A DNA stretch of 63,553 nucleotides, the filler included. It is 5 parts of 5 records of this genome, joined end to end, with 100 filler letters (N's around TTAATTAATTAA, not from the genome) between each part and the next. Parts side by side here need not be neighbours in the genome. Positions count along the whole stretch, not along the records: positions 43,423 to 51,403 come from SRR2962707_3382; positions 51,504 to 56,878 come from SRR2962707_3384; 3 more parts are not named here. One strand, given 5' to 3'. The position numbers were made by a program, and so were the translations under genes. Positions 47,055-56,978 of the stretch are shown here, piece after piece (position 1 is the first letter of the stretch; every line of letters begins with the position of its first letter). The notes beneath the pieces were generated by a model, which worked only from the letters and a program-made list of their open reading frames with translations, was not told where the DNA came from and searched no databases.

Positions 47055-48026
47055 ATGGCTAGAATACTTACGGGAATTCAGAGTTCAGGTAAACCTCATT
47101 TAGGTAATTTATTGGGTGCAATCATGCCCGCTATTGAGTTATCTAAAAAGGAAGAAAATGAATCATTCTTTTTCATTGCCGACCTGCATTCACTAACCAC
47201 CATCAAAGATGGCGATTTACGGAAAGAAAATACGTATGCAGTTGCCGCTGCATGGCTAGCCTGTGGTTTCGATACATCGAAAAATCTTTTTTACAGACAA
47301 TCCAGGGTGCCGGCCTGTACCGAGCTGACATGGTACCTAAGCTGTTTTGCTCCGTATCCAATGCTTGCGAATGCACATTCATTTAAGGACAAAGCAGACA
47401 GGTTATCTGATGTAAACGCCGGGTTGTTTACTTATCCAGTCCTTATGGCCTCAGACATCCTTCTATACGATGCAAATTTTGTGCCTGTAGGAAAAGATCA
47501 GAAGCAACATTTGGAGATTACCAGAGATATGGCTACCTCATTCAATCACCAATTTGGTGAAACATTTGTTGTACCTGAAGTTTTGATTGATGACAATGTG
47601 ATGACAGTTCCCGGAACAGATGGTCAAAAGATGAGTAAAAGCTACGGAAACATCATTGATGTTTTCCTTCCCGAAAAGAAACTTCGGAAAAACGTCATGC
47701 AGATTGTGACTGATAGCACTCCCCTGGAGGAGCCTAAAAATCCGGATACTTGTCATGTATTTGCTCTTTACAAACTTCTGGCAACAGCAGAGCAAACAAC
47801 CGAGATGCGAAAGAAATACGAAGGTGGTAACTACGGCTATGGTCATGCCAAACAGGAACTTTTTGAGTTGCTTTTGGCTAAATTCAGCTCTGAAAGAGAG
47901 AAGTATGATTACTACATGAACAATATAGGCGAGTTGGAGAAAGAACTGGAAAAGGGAGAGAAAAAGGCTGCAGAAATTGCTGAAAGTGTGCTTCAACGAG
48001 TCAGACCTAAATTAGGATTTGCATAG
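47055..48026 (+). CDS. trpS: Tryptophan--tRNA ligase
   Basis: ILTGIQSSG.PHLGN, YPVLMASDIL, VPVGKDQKQH, KMSKS. Confidence 0.97.
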   Translation: MARILTGIQSSGKPHLGNLLGAIMPAIELSKKEENESFFFIADLHSLTTIKDGDLRKENTYAVAAAWLACGFDTSKNLFYRQSRVPACTELTWYLSCFAPYPMLANAHSFKDKADRLSDVNAGLFTYPVLMASDILLYDANFVPVGKDQKQHLEITRDMATSFNHQFGETFVVPEVLIDDNVMTVPGTDGQKMSKSYGNIIDVFLPEKKLRKNVMQIVTDSTPLEEPKNPDTCHVFALYKLLATAEQTTEMRKKYEGGNYGYGHAKQELFELLLAKFSSEREKYDYYMNNIGELEKELEKGEKKAAEIAESVLQRVRPKLGFA

Positions 48027-48029
48027 CTT

Positions 48030-49736
48030 ATGGAGGCAAGGAAAAAAGCAGAACAATGGCTTTCAGCCAAAAATCTGGATGAAAACTCCAGAAGTGAAAT
48101 AGAGCAGCTTTTAGAAAATGAAGCTGATCTTAAAGAAGCATTCCAGATTGACCTGGAGTTTGGAACGGGTGGATTGAGAGGTATCATGGGAATTGGGACG
48201 AACCGACTCAATAAATACACCATTGGCATGGCCACTCAAGGGTTTGCCAATTACCTGAAAAAAGAAAATACCGGAGCTATTAGTGTAGCAATTGCTCATG
48301 ACAGCCGAAACAACAGCCGGTTCTTTGCTGAGACAACTGCCAATGTATTTGCTGCCAATGGTATTAAAGTTTTTCTATTTGAAGACCTAAGGCCAACTCC
48401 GGAATTGTCGTTCGCTATCCGAAAACTCGGTTGCCAAGGTGGTGTCGTCCTGACTGCATCCCACAATCCAAAAGAATACAATGGCTACAAAGCATACTGG
48501 AATGATGGTGGACAACTAGTTCCTCCACATGACAAAAATGTGATCGAGGAAGTCTCACGCATCGAAAGCATAGATCACGTTTTATTCGATGCTGATCCAG
48601 CCTTAATTCATGAATTAGGAGAAGAAATGGATCGCTCCTACCTTGACATGATTCAATCTCTTTCTTTACTAGATAGAAAAACGATTGAAGCCAGCGAGTT
48701 GAAAATCGTTTATTCATCCATTCATGGTACAGGTATCAAGTTGATTCCCAGAGCATTGAAAGAATTGGGATTTGAGCATGTTGAGACAGTTGAAGAGCAA
48801 GCCAACCCGGATGGAAACTTTCCAACCGTCATCTATCCGAATCCGGAGGAACAGGAAGCCATGACACTTGCACTTGCCAAAGGGGCAGAACTGGATGCAG
48901 ATCTTATAATGGCCACTGATCCTGATGCGGATCGAGTGGGTATTGCAGCTAAAAACACCAATGGAGAGTTTCAACTTATCAATGGTAATCAAGCAGCATC
49001 TCTTTTAATTTATTATCTCCTTCAAAAATGGAAAGAGAAAGGCTTTTCGGGCAATGAATTTATCGCTAAGACCATCGTAACAACTGAGTTGTTAAAAGAC
49101 ATTGCTAGTAGCTATGACATCCCTTGCTACGATACATTGACTGGATTTAAGTGGATTGCAGACCTGATTAGGAAGCTGGAAGGCAAAGAGGTTTTCATTG
49201 GTGGTGGCGAGGAAAGCTATGGTTACATGATTGGTGATCAGGTGCGTGACAAAGATGCAGTGGCTAGTTCGGTTATGCTTGCAGAAATGGCAGCTTGGGC
49301 TAAGAGTCAAAACAAAACCGTATTTGAGCTCTTAATTGAGATCTATTCCAAATATGGAATGTATCATGAATCCCTGAAGTCAATCACCAAAAAAGGACTG
49401 GATGGTGCGGCAGAAATTAGGTTGATGATGGAGAATTTTAGAAATAATCCTCCTGCAACTTTAGCCGGTTCAGAAATAGACACAATCATTGATTATCAAA
49501 CCGGAATTAGCAAATCGAAAAGCAATGGAGAGTCAAAAATTGATTTGCCTGTCTCTAATGTGTTGCAATACTTAACAACTGATGGAACAAAGGTTAGTAT
49601 ACGGCCATCAGGTACTGAGCCAAAAATCAAGTTTTACTTTTCAGTTAGAGAAAATTTAAAGGATCAGAACTACTCTGAAATGGGAGAATTTCTAAAAAAT
49701 AAAGTTCATAACTTACTGAAAGACTTGAATTTGTGA
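48030..49736 (+). CDS. Phosphoglucomutase/phosphomannomutase
   Basis: FGTGGLRG, TASHNP, DPDADR, GEESYG, RPSGTEPKIK. Confidence 0.95.
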   Translation: MEARKKAEQWLSAKNLDENSRSEIEQLLENEADLKEAFQIDLEFGTGGLRGIMGIGTNRLNKYTIGMATQGFANYLKKENTGAISVAIAHDSRNNSRFFAETTANVFAANGIKVFLFEDLRPTPELSFAIRKLGCQGGVVLTASHNPKEYNGYKAYWNDGGQLVPPHDKNVIEEVSRIESIDHVLFDADPALIHELGEEMDRSYLDMIQSLSLLDRKTIEASELKIVYSSIHGTGIKLIPRALKELGFEHVETVEEQANPDGNFPTVIYPNPEEQEAMTLALAKGAELDADLIMATDPDADRVGIAAKNTNGEFQLINGNQAASLLIYYLLQKWKEKGFSGNEFIAKTIVTTELLKDIASSYDIPCYDTLTGFKWIADLIRKLEGKEVFIGGGEESYGYMIGDQVRDKDAVASSVMLAEMAAWAKSQNKTVFELLIEIYSKYGMYHESLKSITKKGLDGAAEIRLMMENFRNNPPATLAGSEIDTIIDYQTGISKSKSNGESKIDLPVSNVLQYLTTDGTKVSIRPSGTEPKIKFYFSVRENLKDQNYSEMGEFLKNKVHNLLKDLNL

Positions 49737-49849
49737 TCCTTCATGAAATTATTGGATTAAATTTACCAAAAGTGTTAATTTGCGAAGATTAGAATGCCTA
49801 ACAGATTTAATCAAACCGAATAGTCACCACATCTAACCCGAAGACCGAG

Positions 49850-50857
49850 TTGAGCACCATCCTTTTAAATTTTTTTCTGATCATTGTAGGTTTTGTCCTC
49901 TTAATTAAAGGGGCCGATTACCTGGTGAATGGAGCATCCTCCTTAGCTAAGCGATTCAATGTTTCGGATATTGCCATAGGCCTTACTGTGGTTGCAATGG
50001 GTACATCGGCACCCGAATTGGTGGTTAACATAATTTCCGGGTCAGTTCAGGATGGCACAAGTGGTGCAAATGAGGTTGTTTTCGGTAATATTATTGGGTC
50101 TAATATTTTCAACATCTTTTTGATTCTAGGTGTATCAGCTATCATATATCCACTGACGGTTGAAAGAAATGCATTGTGGAAGGAAGTACCTTATTCACTT
50201 TTGGCTACTTTCATCTTCTTCATTCTGGTTAATGATGTAATGTTCTTTGACGGTGATGTAAATGGCCTTGACGTAAAAGATGGGATTATCCTGCTCGTCA
50301 TGTTTGTGCTGTTCCTTGTATATATCTTCATGAACCTAAGCAGAAATCCTGAAGCAGAGGTAGACGACATTGAAATGCACAGCAACCTCAAAACCACCAT
50401 CATGATTGTGGTTGGGATTGTTGGGCTTGTATTTGGGGGTAATCTAATTGTTGATAATGCAGTCACCATTGCTAAGTTTTTCAATGTGAGTGACAAAATG
50501 ATTGGCCTGACCATACTGGCAGCAGGAACTTCTCTTCCGGAACTAGCTACCTCAGCTGTGGCTGCCTTCCATAAAAAATCAGATCTGGCTGTTGGAAACA
50601 TTGTTGGATCAAACATTTTCAACTTGCTATTGGTGTTGGGTGCAACTTCTATTGTTCACGCACCTCTTGTGTTCACCCCTATCCTAAATACCGATCTTTA
50701 CATCGTCATGCTAGGAACCCTAATGTTGTTCTTATTCATGTTTACCTTGAATAAATACAAACTAGACAGAGCTGAGGGTGCTGTTTACCTGATTGGGTTT
50801 GTGGCCTACTCGTATTATCTTTTCGTCAGGGAAGACATCCTTCCCGGTTTCTTCTAA
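49850..50857 (+). CDS. Calcium/sodium antiporter (YrbG/CaCA family)
   Basis: Two alpha repeats, GTSAPE...GSNIFN and GTSLPE...GSNIFN; TTG start. Confidence 0.92.
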   Translation: MSTILLNFFLIIVGFVLLIKGADYLVNGASSLAKRFNVSDIAIGLTVVAMGTSAPELVVNIISGSVQDGTSGANEVVFGNIIGSNIFNIFLILGVSAIIYPLTVERNALWKEVPYSLLATFIFFILVNDVMFFDGDVNGLDVKDGIILLVMFVLFLVYIFMNLSRNPEAEVDDIEMHSNLKTTIMIVVGIVGLVFGGNLIVDNAVTIAKFFNVSDKMIGLTILAAGTSLPELATSAVAAFHKKSDLAVGNIVGSNIFNLLLVLGATSIVHAPLVFTPILNTDLYIVMLGTLMLFLFMFTLNKYKLDRAEGAVYLIGFVAYSYYLFVREDILPGFF

Positions 50858-50869
50858 TATTCATAAGCT

Positions 50870-51403
50870 ATGCTTAAAAAAATCAATCCCTCGACTACCA
50901 GGTCGTGGGCATCACTTCATGATCAAATTGCAGTACATGATGGCAATATTCAAAGTCTGTTCAACGATTCTGAACGGGTATCCAAATTCAGCTTTGAAGA
51001 AGGAGATATGTTGTTCGATTTCTCCAAGAATGATGTATCAGATAAGGAATTAAAGCTACTTATAAACCTAGCTGAAGAATGCGATCTGAAAAGTGGAATT
51101 GAAGCACAATTCTTAGGAAATCATATCAACGAAACCGAAGACCGTGCAGTGCTGCACACGGCTCTAAGAGACCTGAATGCAAACTCCTCCAATCAGGAAT
51201 TGGTCTCAGCTGAATTAGATAAAATCCGGAATTTTTCTGAAAAACTCATAAATGGAGAATGGCGAGGCTATTCAGGTAAACCAATCAAAAACATAGTCAA
51301 CATAGGAATTGGAGGTTCAGACCTTGGGCCAAAAATGATCACCTATGCGCTTAGAGATCAATGGAATAGCATTACCCCACATTTCATTTCCAATGTGGAT
51401 GCT
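50870..51403 (+). CDS. pgi: Glucose-6-phosphate isomerase, N-terminal fragment
   Basis: DFSKN, INETEDRAVLHTALR, VNIGIGGSDLGP, HFISNVD. Confidence 0.95.
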
Positions 51404-51503
51404 NNNNNNNNNNNNNNNNNNNNNNNNNNNNNNNNNNNNNNNNNNNNTTAATTAATTAANNNNNNNNNNNNNNNNNNNNNNNNNNNNNNNNNNNNNNNNN
51501 NNN
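51404..51503. other. Artificial contig spacer
   Basis: 44 N + TTAATTAATTAA + 44 N. Confidence 0.99.
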
Positions 51504-51504
51504 C

Positions 51505-52203
51505 GATGACGATCAGGAAATCCAGAAGCTTTTAAAGAAATTCCTGCTGCAGCATGGCTTTCGCATCACCACCGTTTCGGATGGGAACGAAATGCACCGT
51601 GCCTTGCGCGATTGGAAGATCGATCTTGTCATTCTTGATATCATGCTTCCGGGCGAAGACGGCTTTGCCTTGTGCCGGGATATACGCCGTACATCCAAGG
51701 TGCCGATTGTCATGTTGACCGCCGTTGGCGAAGATACGGACCGTATTCTTGGTCTGGAACTGGGGGCGGATGACTATCTAACCAAACCGTTTAACCCGCG
51801 TGAATTGCTGGCCCGTATCCGGGCTGTTTTCCGCCGGTTTGAAACGGGCTCGGTCGGGCCGGTTGATAATGAAGTCGTCCCGACACAGAAAGTCATCTTT
51901 GGTGAATGGACGCTTGATATCGGATCACGTGAATTGCGGGATGCCGATAATGTTGCGGTACATCTTTCAACAGGCGAGTTTTCCCTGTTATTGGCGCTGG
52001 TGAAAAACAACAAGCGGGCAATTTCGCGTGAACAGCTTGTTGATATCGTGCGTGGGCAAAGTTCGCTTCCGTTTGATCGTAGCATCGATATTCAGATCAG
52101 CCGCCTGCGCCGCAAGATCGAAAAAGATGCCAAAAACCCCAAACTGATCAAAACTGTGCGCGGCATCGGCTATCAGTTCTGTGCCGATACCCAAACGATT
52201 TAA
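51505..52203 (+). CDS. OmpR-family response regulator, 5'-truncated
   Basis: Frame opens at DDDQEIQ; LDIMLPGEDG, GADDYLTKPF, DRSIDIQISRLR, IKTVRGIGY. Confidence 0.93.
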   Translation, partial: DDDQEIQKLLKKFLLQHGFRITTVSDGNEMHRALRDWKIDLVILDIMLPGEDGFALCRDIRRTSKVPIVMLTAVGEDTDRILGLELGADDYLTKPFNPRELLARIRAVFRRFETGSVGPVDNEVVPTQKVIFGEWTLDIGSRELRDADNVAVHLSTGEFSLLLALVKNNKRAISREQLVDIVRGQSSLPFDRSIDIQISRLRRKIEKDAKNPKLIKTVRGIGYQFCADTQTI

Positions 52204-52212
52204 GGTCGGTTG

Positions 52213-53724
52213 ATGGCGGGCATGTTTGCAGATTTTAGCAACTATCTTCGTCGCTATAAACCGCGCACCTTGGGTGGGCGTATCTTTTTGCTGATGATGC
52301 TGGGCGGGGTGATTATCGCCGCCCTCAGTGCCATGGCATCCTATTATGTCATTGAACGCGATGAGCGGATTGGTCGGGCCTATACACTGGGCTTTACCAT
52401 TCGCGAGTTGGTGCGGATCGCCGAAAACCCGGAATTTGAAGCCAATATCGTCGATATTGCCGCGCGTGATGGTATGGCGTTGCGATTGCTGCCACCAGAT
52501 GATCTTGGGACCTTGCTGCTTTTTTCACGCCCGGCACAGCATATTGCCTTGCCTGTCCGCTTGGCCAATACCGGCTGGCCGATATCGGTCAAGGTTCATT
52601 TCGTGCGTGGTCGCCTGAGTGCCGAACAGCGCGCGGTCATTGAGGCGGCGGAAAACCCCAGTTTGTTTTTTGCCGAATTGTCGCGCGAAATTGCCCGTTT
52701 GGGGCTTGAAGCCCAGATCGAAATCACGATGCCATCGGGTAAACGCGTTTTGGTGCGCCATGATGAATTATGGGCAAATTATTCATCGCCATCACTTGTG
52801 TTTTTGATGTTCTTGTTGGGTGTGGTCGCCGTTCTTGCGGTGTTTGCCGCTCTTGCCGATTTACTGGCCGGGCCGTTTAAGAGACTGACAAACGCAATCA
52901 TTGATCATGGCGATGAAGTTGAAGGCATACCGGTCGAAGAACGGGGCCCGACCGAAGCACGTTCAATGGCCGCTGCCTATAATGATTTGCGCGAACGTAT
53001 TGCACGGATGCTGGGCGACCGAACCAGAATGCTGGCGGCGATTTCGCACGATTTGCGCACACCGAGCACGCGATTGCGCCTTCGGGCCGAGTTCATTGAA
53101 AATGATGAGCTCCGCGAAACCGTTTTGCGTGATCTTGATGAAATGGATAGCCTTTTAAACGACGCGCTCGACTTCCTTGGTGACTGGATTCAAAAGGAAG
53201 AAGAACGCACGGTCGATTTCGTTTCGGTTCTTGAAGCCATCTGTGATGATTATGCCGACCTTGGCCGTCCTGTCAGTTTTGCAGGACCACAGCCGCTGCA
53301 ATTTAGTTCGGTGCACACGGTCTTTGGGGGCGGGGACGAGCCGCATTCTTTTGACGGTAAACGCAGCATTCGGCTGTCTTGTCGACCGGGGACGTTAAAG
53401 CGGGCTTTCACCAACCTGATCGAAAACGCATTGAAATACGGCCATCGGGCCAAGGTCAGTCTGGAGGCAACCGCAGACACGGTTTTGATCGTCATTCGCG
53501 ATGAAGGGCCGGGCATCGCGGTGGAACATCAGGACAAAGTGTTCCTGCCATTTTACCGGGTTGAAGGATCACGCGCGCGCAGTACGGGCGGCAGTGGTCT
53601 TGGCCTTTCAATCGTTAAAACAGTGATTGATGCCCATGACGGCGAGATAAAGCTGCGCAACATGCCGGGCAAGGGGCTTGAGGTCATCATATCCATCCCC
53701 CGACGGGTCAATAGCAGCACATAA
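52213..53724 (+). CDS. EnvZ-like sensor histidine kinase (2 TM, HAMP, HisKA, HATPase)
   Basis: ISHDLRTP, NLIENALKY, DEGPGI, PFYR, GSGLGLSI. Confidence 0.93.
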   Translation: MAGMFADFSNYLRRYKPRTLGGRIFLLMMLGGVIIAALSAMASYYVIERDERIGRAYTLGFTIRELVRIAENPEFEANIVDIAARDGMALRLLPPDDLGTLLLFSRPAQHIALPVRLANTGWPISVKVHFVRGRLSAEQRAVIEAAENPSLFFAELSREIARLGLEAQIEITMPSGKRVLVRHDELWANYSSPSLVFLMFLLGVVAVLAVFAALADLLAGPFKRLTNAIIDHGDEVEGIPVEERGPTEARSMAAAYNDLRERIARMLGDRTRMLAAISHDLRTPSTRLRLRAEFIENDELRETVLRDLDEMDSLLNDALDFLGDWIQKEEERTVDFVSVLEAICDDYADLGRPVSFAGPQPLQFSSVHTVFGGGDEPHSFDGKRSIRLSCRPGTLKRAFTNLIENALKYGHRAKVSLEATADTVLIVIRDEGPGIAVEHQDKVFLPFYRVEGSRARSTGGSGLGLSIVKTVIDAHDGEIKLRNMPGKGLEVIISIPRRVNSST

Positions 53725-53730
53725 GAACCA

Positions 53731-53766
53731 AACAAAAACGACCCGGATGACCGGGGCGTTTTTGTT
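53731..53766. terminator. Bidirectional intrinsic terminator
   Basis: AACAAAAACG-ACCCGG-ATGA-CCGGGG-CGTTTTTGTT between convergent genes. Confidence 0.8.
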
Positions 53767-53814
53767 AGAAGATATGTCAAGGCAATGGATCGGTGTTTCA
53801 GATCCGTGCTGTGA

Positions 53815-56697
53815 TCACCCTTGGCGAATGTCGCTTAGGAAGTTATCGACTTCGCGTTGAATGTTGGTGGCTTGATTGCTCAGATCCTTGGCCGAAACCA
53901 AGACGTTATTGGAAATCTCGCCCGTTTCGATCACAACCGATTTTGCCGCCATTACATCATCTGCCGCACGGCGGGTGGTGTCGTTGGCGGCTTGGGCATT
54001 CTGGGTGATTTCCTGAGTTGCCGATGCCTGCTGTTCAACTGCACTTGAAAGGGCCGTGGTGATGATATCCAACGCGCTTACGGATGCGCTAATGGCATCG
54101 ATTTCATCGCTGGCATGCTGGGTTGCATTTTGAACTGCCTTGATCCGGCCACCGATATCGGCTGTCGCCTTTGCCGTTTGATCGGCAAGGTGTTTGACCT
54201 CGTTGGCGACAACGGCGAACCCTTTGCCGGCATCACCGGCGCGGGCTGCCTCGATCGTGGCATTAAGGGCCAGCATATTGGTCTGTTCGGCAATGTCTGA
54301 AATCAAAGTGACCACATCACCGATTTCATCTGCCAGTTTGTTTAAGGCCTGAACGCTTTGCGCACTTTGGGTTGCCCGTTCGGATGTATCCCGCGAGATG
54401 CGTGTTGAATCCTCAGTCTGGCGTCGGATTTCGCTGATTGATGCAGCCAGTTCTTCTGCTGCTGCCGCAACGGTTTCAACACTATGGGCTGTTGCCTGGG
54501 TTGCTGTTGCCGCACTTTCAGAACGATCTGCACTGGTTGTGCTGCGTTCAGATAAGGTCTGTGCGGACTTGTGCATGCCTTCAGATGCCTTTGCAATATC
54601 TTCAGCCAGTGATTTGATCCGGCTTTCAAAGTCATTGGCAAGGGCATTAAGGGCAGCTTGGCGTTCCCGGGTGGCTGCTTCGCGTTGTTGGGTTTCACGT
54701 TTTTGGGATCCGACGATTTCAGCAGCGTTAGAGCGGAAGACTTCAAGCGTCTTGCTCATTTCTGTCAGTTCGTCATTGCCATTGTCGTTGATCGCAACAT
54801 TGGTGTTTCCAACCGCAATTTCGGCCATTGCAATACGGATGCGTTCAAGACGGGCAATCAAACCACGCCCGACATAGATCCATGCCAGAAGCCCGGCGAG
54901 AACAAGGGATCCGATTCCAAGGGCAATCAGAATAATGCGCCCTTGGGTGATGGCCTCAGCCGATTCAACGGTGACAGCCGCCGATTGCTTGCTTGCAGCC
55001 CCTGCGACACCTTGCACACCCATTTTTTCAACCGCAACCCGAACATCGTCAAGGGCAGTTGTTGCCGATTTCTGGGCGGTGATGGCGTCACGTTTTGGGG
55101 TGACAACCGAAAGACCCGTCAGGGTTTGGGCCGTCTGGGCAATGTTGCTTGCATCGGGAACATTGGCAGCGATGGATTTGCTTGATTTGGCGACATCGGA
55201 AAGACGGTTTGCCAATTGATCAAGCGTATCAATGTCAACGGCGGCTGCAGCCTGATTCTGATAGCCGATGGCAAGGTTGCCAGCCGCTTCAAGGCGTACC
55301 ATCGTGATCAGGGCTGCCAGTTCCTTTTCCATCAACCCGCTGATGGCGGAACGGCTTTGATCCTGAATGGCGGCGGATCGATCACGAAGGCCGCTATCTG
55401 CTGCCTCGACCACCGGGGCAATCGCGTCGCGGAACGCCTGATGGGCAACAAACAGTTGTTCTTTGCGTTCCGTTGCCAAACGCGACCAAGTTTCAGTGGC
55501 CCGCTGGATGGCTTCAAGTTCCTGTTTTCGCAGGTCAAAAAGCGCGCCGCGCATCATGCCAAGTCGGAAGAAGTCGCTGGCGGGCTTTTTGAAATCGGCA
55601 CTGATGGCTTCCGGGATTTTGCGATTTTCTTTGTAGAACGCGCTGAACTTTTCCTTGGTGGCTTTGACGGTTTCAATATCGTTGGCGGCAATGCCCGAAA
55701 CCATCATGGCATAGCTTTGCGAAATGATCGCTTTCATCTGGAAACCGTCTGCGGCGGGCAGGGCTGCAGCATCAATGATGGCAATAAGTTCGCCATATGC
55801 TTCGTGCAGACGGCCTTCGAGGCCAATGCGGGCCTTGCGGAAGACCTCGCTTGATTGCGTGGTGGCGGTCAGTTCATTGCGCCGGATCGAAAAGATATTG
55901 TTATCGCCAACCCCGAAGCCAAGCAGGTTCTCGGTGATCTGCGCAAGGTCTTCTGATCCTGAAGCGGCACCAAGTTCGGACAGTGTCGTCCGTGTCGTAT
56001 CAAACCGTGCTTTAAGGGCGTCAATGGTTTCGGCACTATTCGCATTGGCAGCTTCAATCAGGATGCTGACAAGTAAGTTACCCTCAGCCTGCAGGGTCAA
56101 TGCGGATCGCAATGTACCGACCTGATCGGTAATCAGGGTGTTAAGGTTTTCGGCGGCCGACCCGATGACATCATTGCTGCCATCAATCAGTTCGCGATTG
56201 GCGGTGCTGACCTTGCCTTCGATGGTTTTAAGAAACCCGTCATGCTGATTGCGCAAATCATTGATCACATCGCTGACTTTGGTGTCGAGTTGTTTGCGAT
56301 TTAACGCGGAATCGATCAGGGATGTCAAATCGGGACCAAGTGTTTCGGCGACTTCTGACAGTGGGGAATTGCGCGTGGCGTCGCTCAGGTCCTGCATACG
56401 GCTTTTTGCGGTACCTGACAGGGACTGGATATCCGCATTGGGATTGGTTGCCATCTCCGATGCAAGGACAGCAATTGCACTGCTTTCTTCTGCTGCGCGC
56501 AGGGCCTGTGCCACGGATGATGTTTTGGTCACGGTATCAAGTGCGGAGCTGATCCGTTCAATCGAAACGATGCCTACAATGGCTGCAATTGCGGTCATAG
56601 CTGCAATCGCGCCAAATGATGCGCCGAGTTTGAAACGGATACCCCGTCCTTTGGATTTTCGGGTCGCGTTTGATGTTTCTTTTTTATTGGTCGTCAT
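53815..56697 (-). CDS. Methyl-accepting chemotaxis protein with very large periplasmic domain
   Basis: Two TM helices, HAMP, hairpin tip [39 protein letters not shown]. Confidence 0.95.
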   Translation of the reverse strand: MTTNKKETSNATRKSKGRGIRFKLGASFGAIAAMTAIAAIVGIVSIERISSALDTVTKTSSVAQALRAAEESSAIAVLASEMATNPNADIQSLSGTAKSRMQDLSDATRNSPLSEVAETLGPDLTSLIDSALNRKQLDTKVSDVINDLRNQHDGFLKTIEGKVSTANRELIDGSNDVIGSAAENLNTLITDQVGTLRSALTLQAEGNLLVSILIEAANANSAETIDALKARFDTTRTTLSELGAASGSEDLAQITENLLGFGVGDNNIFSIRRNELTATTQSSEVFRKARIGLEGRLHEAYGELIAIIDAAALPAADGFQMKAIISQSYAMMVSGIAANDIETVKATKEKFSAFYKENRKIPEAISADFKKPASDFFRLGMMRGALFDLRKQELEAIQRATETWSRLATERKEQLFVAHQAFRDAIAPVVEAADSGLRDRSAAIQDQSRSAISGLMEKELAALITMVRLEAAGNLAIGYQNQAAAAVDIDTLDQLANRLSDVAKSSKSIAANVPDASNIAQTAQTLTGLSVVTPKRDAITAQKSATTALDDVRVAVEKMGVQGVAGAASKQSAAVTVESAEAITQGRIILIALGIGSLVLAGLLAWIYVGRGLIARLERIRIAMAEIAVGNTNVAINDNGNDELTEMSKTLEVFRSNAAEIVGSQKRETQQREAATRERQAALNALANDFESRIKSLAEDIAKASEGMHKSAQTLSERSTTSADRSESAATATQATAHSVETVAAAAEELAASISEIRRQTEDSTRISRDTSERATQSAQSVQALNKLADEIGDVVTLISDIAEQTNMLALNATIEAARAGDAGKGFAVVANEVKHLADQTAKATADIGGRIKAVQNATQHASDEIDAISASVSALDIITTALSSAVEQQASATQEITQNAQAANDTTRRAADDVMAAKSVVIETGEISNNVLVSAKDLSNQATNIQREVDNFLSDIRQG

Positions 56698-56878
56698 AGA
56701 CCATCCTCCCTAACTACGTGAAATTATTGTTGTTTTCACGCGGATTTACATCGACCGACTTCTGTGCGTCCGGTTCGATCAAATTGGCATCTGTACAGTT
56801 TAAAAAGCGTGGGTGTGGGGAAAGGGTCGGGGCTGTGAAAAGGCCCCGAAAAGAAGAATGGCGGGTGGCCCCCAGAAC

Positions 56879-56978
56879 NNNNNNNNNNNNNNNNNNNNNN
56901 NNNNNNNNNNNNNNNNNNNNNNTTAATTAATTAANNNNNNNNNNNNNNNNNNNNNNNNNNNNNNNNNNNNNNNNNNNN
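56879..56978. other. Artificial contig spacer
   Basis: 44 N + TTAATTAATTAA + 44 N. Confidence 0.99.
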
